Counted from the first letter of the stretch, positions 1-13,585 are shown. The stretch is DNA of 64,000 nucleotides from Phoronis australis (GCA_002633005.1 NMRA01000438.1:257576-321575), one strand, 5' to 3'. Made by a program: numbers and translations. The notes: a model not told the origin generated them from the letters alone.

Positions 1-883
1 ATTGGCCAAATTTGCACTGCAACATTCTTGTGCATGTCAATATGTCATTGTTCCCGGACATACAAAAATGGCTACGGAGAAGACCGAGTGATGGTGATGC
101 ATATTGCCAAACTCACGAGTCGCTTTTTTAAACAGTTCACTGACAATTCAGATTCGTTCCTAAACAGGTACAGGTTGCGGAGAATGATGCTGCATGTATC
201 AGAGGTACCCCTGAATGATGCTCTTAATTCACTTTGATTGCAGGGATATTTAATTAGCGTGCTGTCACTCTCAATCCGTCCAGGTATGATTGGGTGTACT
301 GTGTGCTATTGATTTTTTTTGTTTTTCCTGTACTTCGAGAGTGCTCTGTGTAGCAGATATAGAGTGGAGTCATTAGCTGCTTTGTCAAACACCTTGTAGA
401 GTGCTGCACATGGTGTACAGTTCCAGATGTGCCGTACATTAGATCAACTTGTGTGTTACTGTCAGGTGCGCCTAAAAAGCTTGCAATTCACACAACTCTG
501 CTTTAAATGGGGCACCAGCTGACAGCAAACTAACTTGACTGGGACCACTTACCAGTTGTAATAACTCATTTAGGAAGCAATTTTAGGGCTTGGGAAGAGC
601 TGAGTTTATTTTTGGTGTAGGGTGTTGGGCAACTCTTTTTACATGGAGATACCAAACGTTAGATGACGAAATTGGCCGTAACAATTCTTTCCAAACCCAG
701 AACCACTTCTAATCTTCACGATGACAAGAGGCTTCAATCAAAAAGTTTTATTTCAATTTTTTATATCCTGTGTTGTGTGTGTATACCTAGAAAACATTCT
801 AAGTTTGGCTAACTGGCTGATGAGATTAAAATAAAACTTTGAGATAACTGTTCTTTATCCACTATTCCCTGAAATATGAGGAA

Positions 884-1762
884 TTTTTATGCGCCCACAT
901 ATTTATCTGTGGGTGCATATTGCCATCATTTCTGTATGGGCATCCGGCGTCCGTGGCTGTACCTCCTAAACCCCTTGCAGAATCTTATTGAAATTTGGCA
1001 GTTGTATTCCTATGGGGTTGATGACAGAGGATGCCAAGTTTCGGACCGACACGAATACCGCTGTGCCCCCTAATGGCAAGTTTAGTTTTTTACCTTTACC
1101 TCTGTATCTTGAAAGGTCCTCAACTGATTTTCATGAAATTTGGCACATAGGCATCTATTTGTGAGATGACGCTATCCTCTTGTTTTCGGATGGATTCAAG
1201 GTATTTTGCACCATCTAGTGGCCATTTTTACTGTTTTTAAGTCTTTTTTTGGTGTCGGTCCTTCCATCAGCCGAACCACATTTAAAGAGGATTGTGAAAA
1301 TTGGCGCATAATTAATGTTCTCACTATGAAGAGAACGATTGACAATGATTTTCCGACGACTTCGACTACTGTGGCACCTCCTAGTGGCAGTTTTCTTTGT
1401 TTTTGCGCCCATGGTTGTATTTCCTAAGTCCTCTGAGGAATGTTTGATAAATTTAGCAAGTGTGTTTAATGGTATATGACGTTGACAACAGAAGACAACA
1501 ACTTTCAGACGGATTCGATGAACCTTTGTCCCCTAATGGCAATTTCATTTTATTTGTTTTGCTAAAGTTTCTCGATGGATTTTCGTGAAATGTGGCAAAT
1601 AAGCTTTCTGTTAAAAAACGGTGACATTTTCCAGTTTTTTGATGGATTCGAAATGTTTTTCACTATCTAGTGGCCATTTTTATGATACAAATAAACACCG
1701 CTAGAAGCACACCATTTGCGTTGTATTCGTGGGCGCATTTCAACGCTCCACGTTGCTCTTGT
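884..1762 (+). mobile_element. Helentron-associated non-autonomous element (HINE/DINE-1-like)
   Basis: T-run followed by subterminal motif atgcgcccac and its nearby inverted copy gtgggtgcat. Then a gtcc-like microsatellite remnant and degenerate internal tandem units (gaaatttggca...ccccctaatggc). The 3' subTIR gtgggcgcat is followed by hairpin caacg...cgttg and ctcttgt. Confidence 0.7.
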
Positions 1763-3204
1763 ATTACATCGTGATGCGTTTCTCCAGTTAAGGACTTTCA
1801 AAGAATATGACTTAAGAAAAAGTTCAAAGTTGTATAAATGAACATGAAATACTAAAAATTAGAAAACTCTAAGTTATTAGTGTGTTATTGGGATCGAAAC
1901 AAATTTGGGGCTTTTGTCAATAGTATCTGAATGTGACCTTTTTGCTCAATTTTACTAAAAGACATGAATAGTATGTCATTTTCAAAAAAATGTATACTTT
2001 TGCTGGCATTTTTGTAGATATAAAGAAATAGCAAAACTGGATTTGGATCAAATAGGGGAAACTGGAATTGGAAAACTAGTGAGAGTAAATTACATTTTGC
2101 TCACAAGAACGTATTGAATTTTGTAGGTGCTGTGCTCTCAGCTAGTTAACGTTCTGAAGACTAACTGTTGACAGATTTCTGTTTCATTTCACACTAATAT
2201 TACTTAACACCAATCTTTCTTTTAAGAAGTCCACTCATGTCGCTCTTGTTTATTGCATAATATACATTTTCCTACAAAATTTGTGGAATTGTTTGTTGCG
2301 TTTACTCCGTAAAACTTGTGGAAAATTGCGAAAAAGGCAAGGCGTGCCTGAATGGACCTTCATTCAACAAAAGCTGCGCTGAATAATAAGCATTCGTATT
2401 TCTAGTCTAAAAGACTGATGGATTTTCTCTGTTTCCTGCTCAGTAATCTGTTAATAAGATTATGGACCAATTTAGGGTACAATAAGACAGACAATTTTTT
2501 TCCTTACAGATTACTAACTTCAAACAAATGCTAAATTCACGTTGTCTTTATACCCTAGATTCCACTATCAATTTTTTTCTGTTACAGTTGTGCCAGACAT
2601 TCCGACTTACATCAATTGCTGGATAGTGTGTGCTGATTTTATGTAAATGCAAATCAACTCCAAACGATTAAGAACGCATAAACCACTAATAAACATGTGA
2701 GTCACACGCAGTGCTAAGAATATGCCAATACAGTTGTCTTTCCAAGACGGTGCTTTTGTGAAAAGTAAGGAGATGTTTTGCATTACACGGACGTCAGCTT
2801 GGCTTCTGATGTCCTTACCAAAGCTGCACGTAGTGGTCAAAATGTCTTGCTTAAAAGTCCGCGACATGCAGACGCTATATTGTTTAGGCAATTTTTTTTA
2901 GTTCCAGCATGCCTTATTCAGGAACTCCACATTTTTTACCTCAAACACAAAGCCTTGCCTGTTGTCAAGGTTTTGTAAAAATTCATCACCTGTGTGCAGA
3001 AAGACGACAATTTCCCAAAAATGGTGACACAATTTTTGGGACATGACTTAAGATTCTCCAGTCATCAATAATTCAGGAAATATTTATTTAAGGGTTGAAA
3101 AAAGACAGAACTTATTTGATGAAAATGTAAAAGGATTTCACAAAGCTACCGCATTGCACTTTAATCGCTCCTTTTCTAAAAAGCATGTTTTGTACTATTT
3201 TCAG

Positions 3205-3388
3205 AAACGTGCCAGTCTGTATGAATCCAATGCCAAGCCGTTCTTGGACTATTTCTCCAGTCGTCTCATCAGTGTCGATGTGTCCTGTGCTATGCCAGAC
3301 AGCATCTCCTTCAAGATCTGTGATATACTGAGGGAACAGTTGATAGTCCCTATTACGGCTCCCAAGTCAAATATACTGATCTCCTTTT
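3205..3388 (+). CDS. Adenylate kinase-like gene, internal exon (end of AK/NMP-kinase domain); 5' exons not located, probably upstream of the window
   Basis: Acceptor tttcag|AAA at 3205, donor |gtaagt at 3389. Encodes KRASLYESNAKPFLDYFSSRLISVDVSCAMPDSISFKICDIL, which resembles the AK C-terminal 'KRL..Y....P.L.Y.....L..VD' segment. Phase 0 to 1. Confidence 0.75.
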
Positions 3389-5696
3389 GTAAGTCGTTAT
3401 TCGTTATTTGTGTTGCTCAGAGAAGATTAATTAGTTGGTAGTTGATTCATTGTTAATGCTTTTTGTTGTTGGTATTACTGAACACACACAAAAATTGGCC
3501 TTTCGTGGATATGGTTGGGCTCAAACTTACAGTCAAGAAGCCTTATTCGAAATAAGTGGACAAATTATTTTGCCAAATAAATGTACAAATTAAATCAGAT
3601 GGGAGAGCATAATAAGGAGTTTAATTTTTGTACCTAACTGGTGTTTGTACATTTAAATGAGTGATACAACCGTTTGTTCGCACTAATTATAATCCAATTA
3701 CAATTAACTTTTAAAATTTGTTTAATTGTTCAGTTTTGAGATAGTTAGAACCATCAGTAGAAAGATTTTACTTTCTCGACCAACAAATTATATTGTTCAC
3801 CTCCTATGAGGTTTCTGTATCATTTTAATTACTAGACTCTATTATGCATCTCCAAAAGACCATCAAAACACTTTGCTGACACTACTTTGGTGTTTGCAGT
3901 CCGGGTTCCACTGGGTTTTTGAAATGCCAGAGTCTAATTTCCGGTACCTGAAGAAATTCTCACGTCACTTAAATCTACGTTACTTGGTTGACTTTTTGCG
4001 ATGTAAATTGATGTAACAATGCATGACCTGTGTCAAGTGGTACACTTTAAAGCATGCAAGTTCAGTACTGCATTAGTAGAAACCAAGTGACCTCAACGAG
4101 GTCCAAGTTAATTCATTTGCGTGTCACGCCATGATTTGGTGTTGGTGGATGGAAGTTATCAATACTAATAGCCAAAAAACCCATGTTGGTTGCCTCACAG
4201 GTGGCGCTAGCTCAAGATTGCCAAAACACATGTTATTGGATGGATGTTGCTGAAAAGATTATGATGAACAATGCTAAGCATTTTTGGAATTTGCTCATTG
4301 GTACAATCAAAATTCGCTACTTAGTGTCTGAAATTCTGACATTCAGTTTCCAAGATATTTCAATTTACTCTCTACTGTTTTAAGAAAAACAAATGCTCAA
4401 AATTTAAAACTTGCAGTGGGATTGTGCTTTGACTATAGTTACGCACAATGTAATTGCTCAAATATTTTGCCTGTCTCGCGGACTGGTGGTAATAGCATAT
4501 CTGGTTTGACTTAAACAAGTCCAATAAAATGACGGCATTTACCAATAATTGCAAACACTGGTTGGTGCGTGGGCACACATGACGTGCCATTTTCAGGATT
4601 GCTTTTCTCAATTGACTAAATGTTAGCATAATCAGATTTTAAATGTTGTGTTACTAATGTGGTATATTCCCTGTTTACCAGTCTGAGAATGCCTTAAATA
4701 GATTCATTCACTTTTCATGAACAGTGAAATATCACGTAAATATTTTTATACGAAGACGCATCAGCCAAGTGCACATGCATTAGTAATAAAAAAAATTAAG
4801 TTTTAATTAGAAAAGATACAGATCATATCTTGTAATCCTTAGCTAACGACCACAGCAGGCCAAGGTCTATGCCGGGGTATAATCTTTACATTTGAAATTA
4901 AACTCAGTTGTTTTGCAAATCTTCTATTTTACTTTTGTGCGAGCTCAAAATAAGTCACGGTGTCACAATTTTTCTGTGGTCGAGTAAATAATTGCTATGT
5001 GGATAATTGTCTAATCTTAGTTACTTTGCTTTTGGTGACCCCAGCATGAAGTAGGGGTCATCAATGACGAAATTGGTCGAGAAATTCCTAGTATGCAGAA
5101 ACCATAACATACTCGAGCGTAGACTAAACACTTGTCTTGAGTTTGAACGAAAGTAGAACGGAAAATTCCAAAAATAACTTTGAGTTTGATTTCAAGACTC
5201 TGGCCCTTGTGTTGACAGACTTCACTACACTGCGCCATGGTGTCGTTTAGAATTTTGTTGTTGAAGCTATGTAGCAATGAGCTATGAACGCAATAACTAG
5301 AGATGAAGGATGACCCTTGGATCACCCAGTACTTTAATCATAAAAACCAAGGGCTGTTACAGCCTTTAATATTTACTGATCAGAAAATGCAGTGCATATT
5401 CATTATGTATTAGTTTTTAATTTGGAAATTTTTAATGTTTTTCCACTTAGTCTGCTATGAGAGAAAGTACCTCAAAACTACACCAACTTTCCAATAGCAC
5501 GGTAGAACTCAGATGTGTCATACACAATAGTGCTGAGAGAGCTGAGCTGCTTTGTCAGAAGACCTAGTGCGCAAACGTAACATGACACTGTGTTTCAAAT
5601 TGAGTTAAATGAAGATCTGACTTGTCTGCATCTGCACTTGTGTGATTTTTTCTGAGCGTGAAATCCTATTTTCGTTGCTACAAGCTTTCACAATCA

Positions 5697-5820
5697 GGAG
5701 ACAGTGTGGCTCAGTGGTTTGAGCCCCGGACTCCCATTTGGGAGAACCGCGTTTGAATCTTGGCTTTACTGGCCAACAGTCGAGCATTGCACAACAGGTG
5801 TCTTCTGCTCTTTTAACCTC
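5697..5820 (+). mobile_element. tRNA-derived SINE head (degenerate)
   Basis: A-box-like tggctcagtgg and B-box-like gtttgaatc at tRNA-like spacing, without a complete cloverleaf. Confidence 0.45.
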
Positions 5821-5930
5821 TACTGGTGAGTGTACGCAAGAGAGTGAATGAGAACCTCAATATAATGCAAAAGTGATTTCTGGGACTGTGTTTAGCAAAA
5901 AAAAACAATGACTGTGATTCTATTCTGCAG

Positions 5931-6019
5931 GTACTAGTGACTACCCAGGTCTTGACCTCTCTCTGTATGGTTTTCATAAGATCTCCCTCGCTGATGTCGT
6001 CACCACTGCAAACACGCTA
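5931..6019 (+). CDS. Adenylate kinase-like gene, next exon
   Basis: ttctgcag|GT acceptor, CTA|gtaagc donor. 89 nt, phase 1 to 0, open in frame with the previous exon (CTSDYPGLDLSLYGFHKISLADVVTTANTL). Confidence 0.75.
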
Positions 6020-6452
6020 GTAAGCTTCTGTGTTTTTTTGTTAGTTTGACGACTTGGGTGTGCATTTCCCTGTTGACTTTTTGGGTGTTTGAATTTTTTA
6101 TTGAACCGTGTTCAAATAAATTGTGTTGGTTTGTTAACAGTATGATATGCTATAATCAATAACTGGTGTCAGTTGTACCGAGATTGTTTTAAGGTGTAAA
6201 GACAGTCATTTGTTAATTGAAGTAAATAAGTGAACTTGGATCTGCATGTCTTGAATGTTGCTTGGGCTAATTCACTTTTTAATTGAGCTGACATTTTTAA
6301 AATTTTAGGTCTCGTCATGAACTGGACATGGATCCATGGGATTGTTTTGTGTTTTTTTTGAGAATTTGTCTTTCAAAGTAATGAAGTTGGAGCCAATTTG
6401 TTTTTTCAAAAGTTGAGTTTTCTAGCGCTTCAGTTTACTTTTTATCTTGCAG

Positions 6453-6563
6453 ATGGAGCAGCTGGCCTGTCTATGTGAAGAAATCATGAAAAAACTTTGT
6501 GTTTATAGAAACTTATATGTTGAACTTGACAGTACCAAGCTAACCAAAGAATCAATAGAACAT
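6453..6563 (+). CDS. Adenylate kinase-like gene, penultimate exon
   Basis: Polypyrimidine tract then ttgcag|ATG, donor CAT|gtaagt. 111 nt, phase 0-0 (MEQLACLCEEIMKKLCVYRNLYVELDSTKLTKESIEH). Confidence 0.75.
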
Positions 6564-7329
6564 GTAAGTACCACACCTGTTGGCTGCTGTGTAAAATGTC
6601 GGCGTAATTAGAAGGCTCATTACCATTAGATTCAATTAATTACTTCAACTTGACAGTTGACTTCCTTTCCACTGTCGTATGAAGATTTGTTCCATTAGGG
6701 TCAAAATGAATGTAGTCCACCCTACGGGTCTTATAGTTAAAGGCTTTTGACTTGTGGAGGTTGTCTTTGTTGGGGGAAAGCCAAGTCTTTAAAAAGCTTG
6801 GAGACTGATTTTGTGCATTTCGCGCATTGCCTATTTTTGATTTTGTGTTTTCATGCTGAAAAACAAAAGGGAAATGCAGCTTTAATGGTAGCACATGGCC
6901 GATTAATAGTTGAAACTGAGGTGAATAATTCTCGTGTGTGGTGGACATGACAGTGTTTCACTGCTAAGTGGCGTCCCCTTTTGTCAGTGAATAAAACCAT
7001 ATGACCTATTGAGAGGTGTCAAAAGGAGAGTTTCTGGTCGCAACAGTTTGCCCACTCACATATTAAAGCCTCACCAGTTCATAAGCCACCATGAAGCACC
7101 AGCTGAGTTCTTTTTTAATTTTCATTTGGTTCCAATTATGTTAATAGAGCCATCCTTGATGCTTGTGCCTGTTTCACTGTAGCAATAGTTTGAAGTACTG
7201 TGGGCATTTCCAGAAATGTTAAATGCACTTGGAAATGAAAATTGAGGAAATTTTTGTCAATTGTTTTTGTCTAAAATCGATCAAATTTTCTGTTAAAATT
7301 GACATGCGTGTTCCCCGAGATATTTGGCC

Positions 7330-7926
7330 ACCCTTTTCAGCTAAGAATTTATGTCAGGATAAAACCGTTGGAACTACTGTAACACCCTTTAGTGGCAATT
7401 TATGTTAAATTTCTTTGTTTATGCCTGTATATCTTTCAAGTTTATTATTAGATTTTAAGGAAATTTTGCTTACAGATTAAAAAGATGATATCATGATCCC
7501 ATTTTCAGATGGATTCAACGTATTCTGCATCCGTAATGGGCATTATTATTATTTTGAAATCCGCCTTTTGATCCCAAAAATCGCTTTTAGGATCACTGTA
7601 AAATTGACTGACAGGTTTTGGTAATAGTGAGCCTGACTTTGATCTTAAGACAAGGTCGACTACTGTGGCATCCTACTGTGACAATTTAGGTTTTCATTGT
7701 GTATGGCTCTACCAAGTTCATGAAAATGGACATTTAGGTTAAGTATCACAGAGATGACATCAGGCTTCAGGCAGATTTGACATCTTATGCAGTGCCCTCT
7801 AGTGGCCTTTTCATTTTATTTTGTATATTAGGTAATAGTTAATAAACACGCCTAGAGACTAGAAGCATACCATTTGCGGTGCAACCATGGGACGGGTGCA
7901 TTTCAACGCTTTGTGTTGCTCTTGTT
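7330..7926 (+). mobile_element. Second, 5'-truncated copy of the same HINE family
   Basis: Shares internal units (actactgt..cacc..tagtggc, gatggattc) and the 3' end (aataaacac..ctagaagca.accatttgcg...gggtgcatttcaacgct...gttgctcttgt) with 884-1762. The 5' boundary is approximate. Confidence 0.65.
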
Positions 7927-8322
7927 AAATTTGGAAAAAGTTTTAGTTTCTTTTCCTGATCAGTGCCGGGTGCATGGTGGCCTGACCTAGCACATAATAA
8001 AATTTTGACAATTTTGGGGCAAAAGCAATTGCCAAAATTGCCTTTTTCCACATTCTTTTCATCGAAATATTTCCTGTTGGTAGCTATGGTACAGAACTTG
8101 GACATTGGCAATAGTCAGATGCTACATATCTTTCGTGAAAAAATGAGATTTCACTTGTCTGCTATATTGCCTCAGTAACAATCTGTTCTGTTGCCGCACC
8201 TCTAAACTTTGTTACAATTGTCTGTGGGCTGAGGATGCTCCCCAAGGACGATGAAGGAAATTGTCAACATGCATGGAATTTTTTGCAAATTTTTTTTTAA
8301 GTCTAGTTAGTCACATCATGTA

Positions 8323-8470
8323 GTTCCGATGGCTCAGTGGACTAGAGTGTCTTGACAGTTAGGGGAAGGTCCTGCGTTTGAGTCCCAGTCAGGGTAGAAA
8401 TCTTTTCAGACTTGCGTTCATTAGATCACTTGATGTGGCCCATAGGTGGTGTGCAGACCAGACTTAAAAA
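8323..8470 (+). mobile_element. tRNA-derived SINE head (degenerate)
   Basis: A-box tggctcagtgg and B-box-like gtttgagtccc; no acceptor stem; lies in an intron. Confidence 0.5.
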
Positions 8471-8945
8471 TGTTTGTGATCATTTCCACACTGATTCAAG
8501 GTTTACACATTCATATTCGTTCACATTTTGAATGCAATTACTATATTTTTCATTGATACTGATAAGATTTTAAACTTGGTAATATTGAAGCACCAGATGT
8601 GCAAGTTATTTGTGACGTCTTTTAATTCCGCGTCAAATGTTCGGCCATTTTCAGGCCTTTCAATTTTGATTTGCAGTTTTGAGTATTGATTTATCTTTTA
8701 GTGCATGACTTGATTGGCAAGGCATTTTGCACACTAAGCGTACTATGTTCTGTGGCTCGGGTTTTTATTTTTCAAACAACAGATAATGGCTGTGAAAACT
8801 GAAGATAGACAAAGTTAATGTGTTTATATTGCATCAAACATTGCCAAAGGGATGGACTGGGATTTCATGGTGTACAAGTTTTCCTTTAACTTTGGCAGTA
8901 CTGTTATTACTTGATATGTTTTTGCAATACTGAATTCTATTTCAG

Positions 8946-9242
8946 CTTCCGTCTAAGGGCGTGAGTTTCGTCGAGGTTTTGGATGATAGACTTGATCACT
9001 TCGTACCCGTTGATGCACGCATTGACTCCAAGAAACTGTACACCACAGACTTGTTCCGGTCCATTGTGTCGCCAGATGGCGACATGTGTCTTTTTCACAC
9101 ATCGGTTGATACGACAGTGTGCGTCAAACTTGCCCGCTTTATCGCTGAGTCGAAAATTTCACATAGGAGCTCATCAAACAACAGCGAACGTTCTGTTCGG
9201 GTGAATATTGAAGTTATGCCGTTCAATCCTGTGGATTGCTAG
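8946..9242 (+). CDS. Adenylate kinase-like gene, last coding exon
   Basis: tttcag|CTT acceptor, phase 0, 99 codons ending TAG (LPSKGVSFVEVLDDRLDHFVP...FNPVDC*), followed by a long AT-rich UTR-like region. Confidence 0.75.
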   Translation, partial: LPSKGVSFVEVLDDRLDHFVPVDARIDSKKLYTTDLFRSIVSPDGDMCLFHTSVDTTVCVKLARFIAESKISHRSSSNNSERSVRVNIEVMPFNPVDC

Positions 9243-10729
9243 TCATTTAGAGTCTTAAGTTTATACAAGACTTTACCTATAAATCTGGTTGCAGCCAAAT
9301 GTCTTAAATTTATCGAATTTAACTCTGAGTAACAGTTAATCTTTTCTGAAAGTGTAAAATTTAATTTAGATTTGACTTTATACCAACCTGTCTTGAGAGG
9401 GTCTGGGGCCGTGTCTTTTGAGTAAAAATTAAGAAAAATGGAATTCACAGGAAAAAGCATCGGTATCAACACGATAAAAAGGGGGTCATTTTAAAAACTG
9501 TTGTTACCGGGGGTGTGGAGATCAAGAAATTTCTGGCACCTGGTGCTCCATAAGTCAGCCTAGTTTGGATGTTTTTCTGGGGTCCTACATAACTTAAGTC
9601 GGCATACAGTCATGGTACTTCTGTGTCACGCTAAAAGAATTACCAGTTATTCCCTGTCTGAGAGGTTGTATTGCTGCAAATGCACCGACAACATTTGACA
9701 ACAGCTATGTTAGCTGTAAAAAAATTCCATCATTTCTGTGAGCTTTAGTCTATCCCAAATTGAAGAATTTTTTGTACCTTTTGAGTTTGCGTATTCCGAA
9801 AGTAAATTGACGTTATCTACTGTATAATTGCATTCGGAAATTTTGCTTTTTTGTCAGTTATAAAAATAGGAATAAGGCCAAAGAAAACAGCATACTTTGC
9901 CTGATGGAAGCTGATGGTTTGGGTTCCTTCTTAAACAGTGAGGCCCAGGTTTCAGAAAGAGTTAGCCACTGACTAAATCTAATTTTTGGTGTAATCATAG
10001 CTCAAAATAGCTATTGACAATCACCACTACTCAAATAAAGTTTGTGCCCAGCAACTGCTGAAAATTTGTACTTCACTGGGACTTTTTTGTCTCTCAGTTG
10101 TCCTCTAACGCCACCTTGCAAAATACTGTGACCAAGATGTCTTAGTTTTCGTTACAAATCTCTGAAAGTTAACAAGTTAATTATGGTTGCTTTTTGCCTT
10201 GTTTATCTGGCTAAAAACAAATATCCAATTAGGCCTTTTATTTTGAAAAGATTGGTCTCATAATACTCCTTACCATGATTGGGTTCTGTTTTCGTTAGTA
10301 GCAAGAGCATGGAATTCATCAGAAACTCAAGAACATGCTTCAAAGTTTATGGGGATTAGTTATCCCTAAAATTGCAAATTCATAAATGACGCAATGTTCA
10401 TTATTGCCTGTGACTTGGGTTCTTAACGGAAATAGGACCCTGTCATGGTAAGGACTATTCAGAGATAAATTTTCTGAGACTAAAAGGACTGATTTGATGT
10501 ATGTTTTTAGCCAGTTAAATGAAATGAAGTGCAGCTTTAACCTAACTGGACCTTAGAAAAAAAAATTTACAAATTTTTTCAGATTATTGCCTCCCTTACT
10601 GGCTTAACTTTGATTTAACCTTTTATAGGAATCAAAATAAATTCAAAGACACGTATTGTTAAAGGTTTGTCACCAGCCACTTTCCTGCGTCGTATCTCTT
10701 CTATTTCTAGTTTTTCAGAACGACACGTT

Positions 10730-10782
10730 TTTTACACGTTTGACAAGTTTGACACTCTCAAAAGCGTGTCAAACGTGTAAAA
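10730..10782. repeat. Perfect 16-bp inverted repeat, probably the core of a degenerate MITE
   Basis: ttttacacgtttgaca (10730-10745) and tgtcaaacgtgtaaaa (10767-10782). Confidence 0.7.
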
Positions 10783-11201
10783 TTCTCACCCGGGGAAACA
10801 TTTTTTTCTGAAAATGTTCTAAAAAGTGAATGATTTAAAAACTAAGACCTATTTAAAAAATCTGAGACACGGTTCCCTTGAAAATGTTGTTATCAACATG
10901 TTGACAATAGACCAAATGGTTGGAGGAACAGTGTTTTTCAAACTCTCTGTTCAAATTCAAAAAAAATTGTTTTAATAAAAAATGCATATTGTGAAAAAAT
11001 AGTAAATCAGAATAATAAATTTTGTTAGGAAATTTATTCACCTTTTATAACATTATACTTTGTAGGGGTTACAGCTAACAGAATTTGAGATACCGGTATT
11101 TGCTCATAAGTACAACCTGGTAAACAATGTTCGCAGTTATCTTTAACAATATGATTCTTCTTCTAATTCTACTGCTAAATTAGTACTGAATGATTGAGCA
11201 C

Positions 11202-11555
11202 TTAAAGGAGTACCAAGCCCAGTTTTGGCTTATTAAGAGATACTAAAAACAACCTTCCTCTATCCAGTTCTGTGAAAAAAATTATAATGCTCTGTAATCG
11301 TGGACAACAAAATTTGAAAACTCCTTTCAAAGTCTGCTTAATGAGCAATCGTGACCTACACTTTTAGCGAATTACATGGCAACTGTGGGGAAAAGACCAC
11401 CCACCAAGGACCACGACGTCCAATCCGTGACAAAGGGAGCTCGTTTTTAGTCCAATCCTGCCTTTAACTTGGAAAATTGACATCAGTGAAGCATTAGCAG
11501 GTGATGGAACTGAGATTGGTTAAAATCATCAAAACTGGGTTTATTATCCTTTTAA
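11202..11555. mobile_element. TTAA-flanked MITE (Kolobok-like)
   Basis: ttaa|aggagtaccaagcccagttttg ... caaaactgggtttattatcct.|ttaa: imperfect TIRs starting AGG with TTAA on both sides. Confidence 0.55.
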
Positions 11556-13361
11556 TGTCTTAAGGTGAGACATCATGCTTGTCCCCGGAAGGGGGGTTTG
11601 AAGTCCCCAGAATTTGTAACAGTTACCCTATGGTGGCAAGTTTTGGAAGTTTTCTGTAAAGAAGTTAGTATTGTAAACTTCTGTAGCTTTAGTTGTTACT
11701 GTCAGTGGTGAATCTACCCAAACTATTTGAGAGGTTTCTGCTTTCTAGTAGCCTTGTAGGGGTGTTTTGAGCTTTAATATGGTCTCTTATTTGCATAATA
11801 TTAATTGTAACATGGCTGTCTTGTTGTTGATGATTATATTTTGATTACCTGAGTGTGTGTTACCAGTTCAAAAGCACAGACTTATGCAGCCATCCAGCTA
11901 GCTGTATGAAGACTACCGTCAAAATTTAGTATACAGCTTTGCACAAAGGCTAAGACTTATGAAGCTATGTTTTAATGTATTTCCAATTGTTGGACGATAT
12001 GTCATGATATGCTTTGATTGAAGTTGTGGTTGTGATTCTTAGTGTGTGAGTTATAGAAATTTGGTCATCAGTTTTCTTGGTGACTTACATTCATGTAGAT
12101 TTCTCCTGAAATCTGTTGATTGACATGGCACCTGTATTGGCCAAGGTGTCCTTCAGTGTAAGGTGTCTAAAATGGACAGTTAAAGAGTGTTGGGATTACA
12201 ACAAGCAGTTAACACATTGCATGTTCTTTGATGAGGGGCTTCTTTTGTTTGGGAGTCAAACAGAGATAAATGTCAATGATAGCCCATGTCTGTTTGTGGC
12301 AACACTTTTTCTCAACCCATTTTAAACACTGAAGAGTATAAAAACTAAATCTGTCATTAAAATTTGATCTTTTTCATTCTTGTAAGAGCAAAAATGGTCA
12401 ACCGCAACGGAAGAAAAGATAAAAAAGGTGCTCAAGGCAACTACTTTTCCTTAGGGTTGATATGTCTTGCACTCTATTATGTAACCTGCTTGGCACTACC
12501 ACTTGAGTTACCCCACATAAAGCAGCGAAATTTGAATGAGGCAGCCTGTCGTGATGGTCTTGCTGTTGTTTTAAATGTTGAACAGTATGAGGAATTCCAC
12601 CGTGGACAATAGCTGTGCGCTGATGAAAATATCTTGAAATCACAGTCTTCTTGTTTTTGACTTTTCTGTATTTTCACAGTGGATACAACTTTTTCGATTT
12701 TAGATTTTTTCGACTTCCTGATTTTTATGAATCAGGCTGTGGGTGGCACTAGAAAAACAGGCCAGACCAACGTCACGTGGTATGTGCACATCAGACTACA
12801 TGACGTCAAGCTTCCTCAGACAATCTAAACTCCTTTTATTTTCAGAGTATGCTTCAGTAAGACAGTAAATATCTGGAACGCATGTCAGGCTTGGTGTCAT
12901 GATTTGATTTAAATGCTTTTTAAAACTAGGGTTTGGCAGTTTTTTGCCAGTTTTGCCCTCAGTTCCTTCATCATGTTTCTGACCTAGTTCCCTACATTTG
13001 TTCATAATATCTTTTCATTGTGATGTATATTTCATTGTACTTCCAATTTTTTAAACATCCTCCTCTTCAACTCATTGTGACTTCGTTAACTTAATTGTAT
13101 TATGTTGTTTAAGTCTGTAAACATATTAATCTTGATATTTTTATACAAATCCAGGGATTCTTATTAAAAGTTCTATGAGTCTTTTACATGTCTGCAAGTG
13201 TATCTTGTTGTGTGATTTAATTAAACTTGATTTAATGTTTAAATTTGACTTCATTTTTGTGCTACACAATGTTGGCACGTTGCCATCATCTCTGTGTGGC
13301 CATCGTGGCTGATTTGCTAAGCATTTGTATAGTGTACATGTTCGTGATTTGTATTGGTCCC

Positions 13362-13585
13362 TGGTCTAATCTTCGTACTTGAATCCAAACTCGAAAATAT
13401 TTTGGCATTTTCTGTTGGTGCTTTTGTGCGAACTCAAGATAAGGGGTTACTAGTTCATGCATATGAGCTTCTAGTCCAAGTTTGCTCCCTGATGAACCTC
13501 ATATCTGTGCTTCAAATTTGAGGAAAAGCTCACGACTTCGAGTAAATACTCGAAATTTTGAGTTCAGACTCAAACATTTAGCCTT
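13362..13585. mobile_element. Palindromic MITE family member (related copies near 4880-5205 and 63400-63580)
   Basis: Shared motifs ttcgagtttg(g)attcaag, tcttgagtt(c/t)g and gctaaa.gtt.gagtctga recur in both orientations at the three sites. Confidence 0.45.

Noticed and set aside
1-465. Possible upstream exons of the AK-like gene (GT-AG-bounded segments 1-167, 244-283, 357-464), or stop-codon readthrough
   Set aside because: No phase-consistent chain is free of stops and there are no AK motifs. Genes elsewhere in the window use TAG and TGA as normal stops.
5697-8470. Genuine tRNA genes at 5697 and 8323 (also a B-box near 21548)
   Set aside because: A/B boxes are present but no complete cloverleaf or acceptor stem; better explained as SINE heads.
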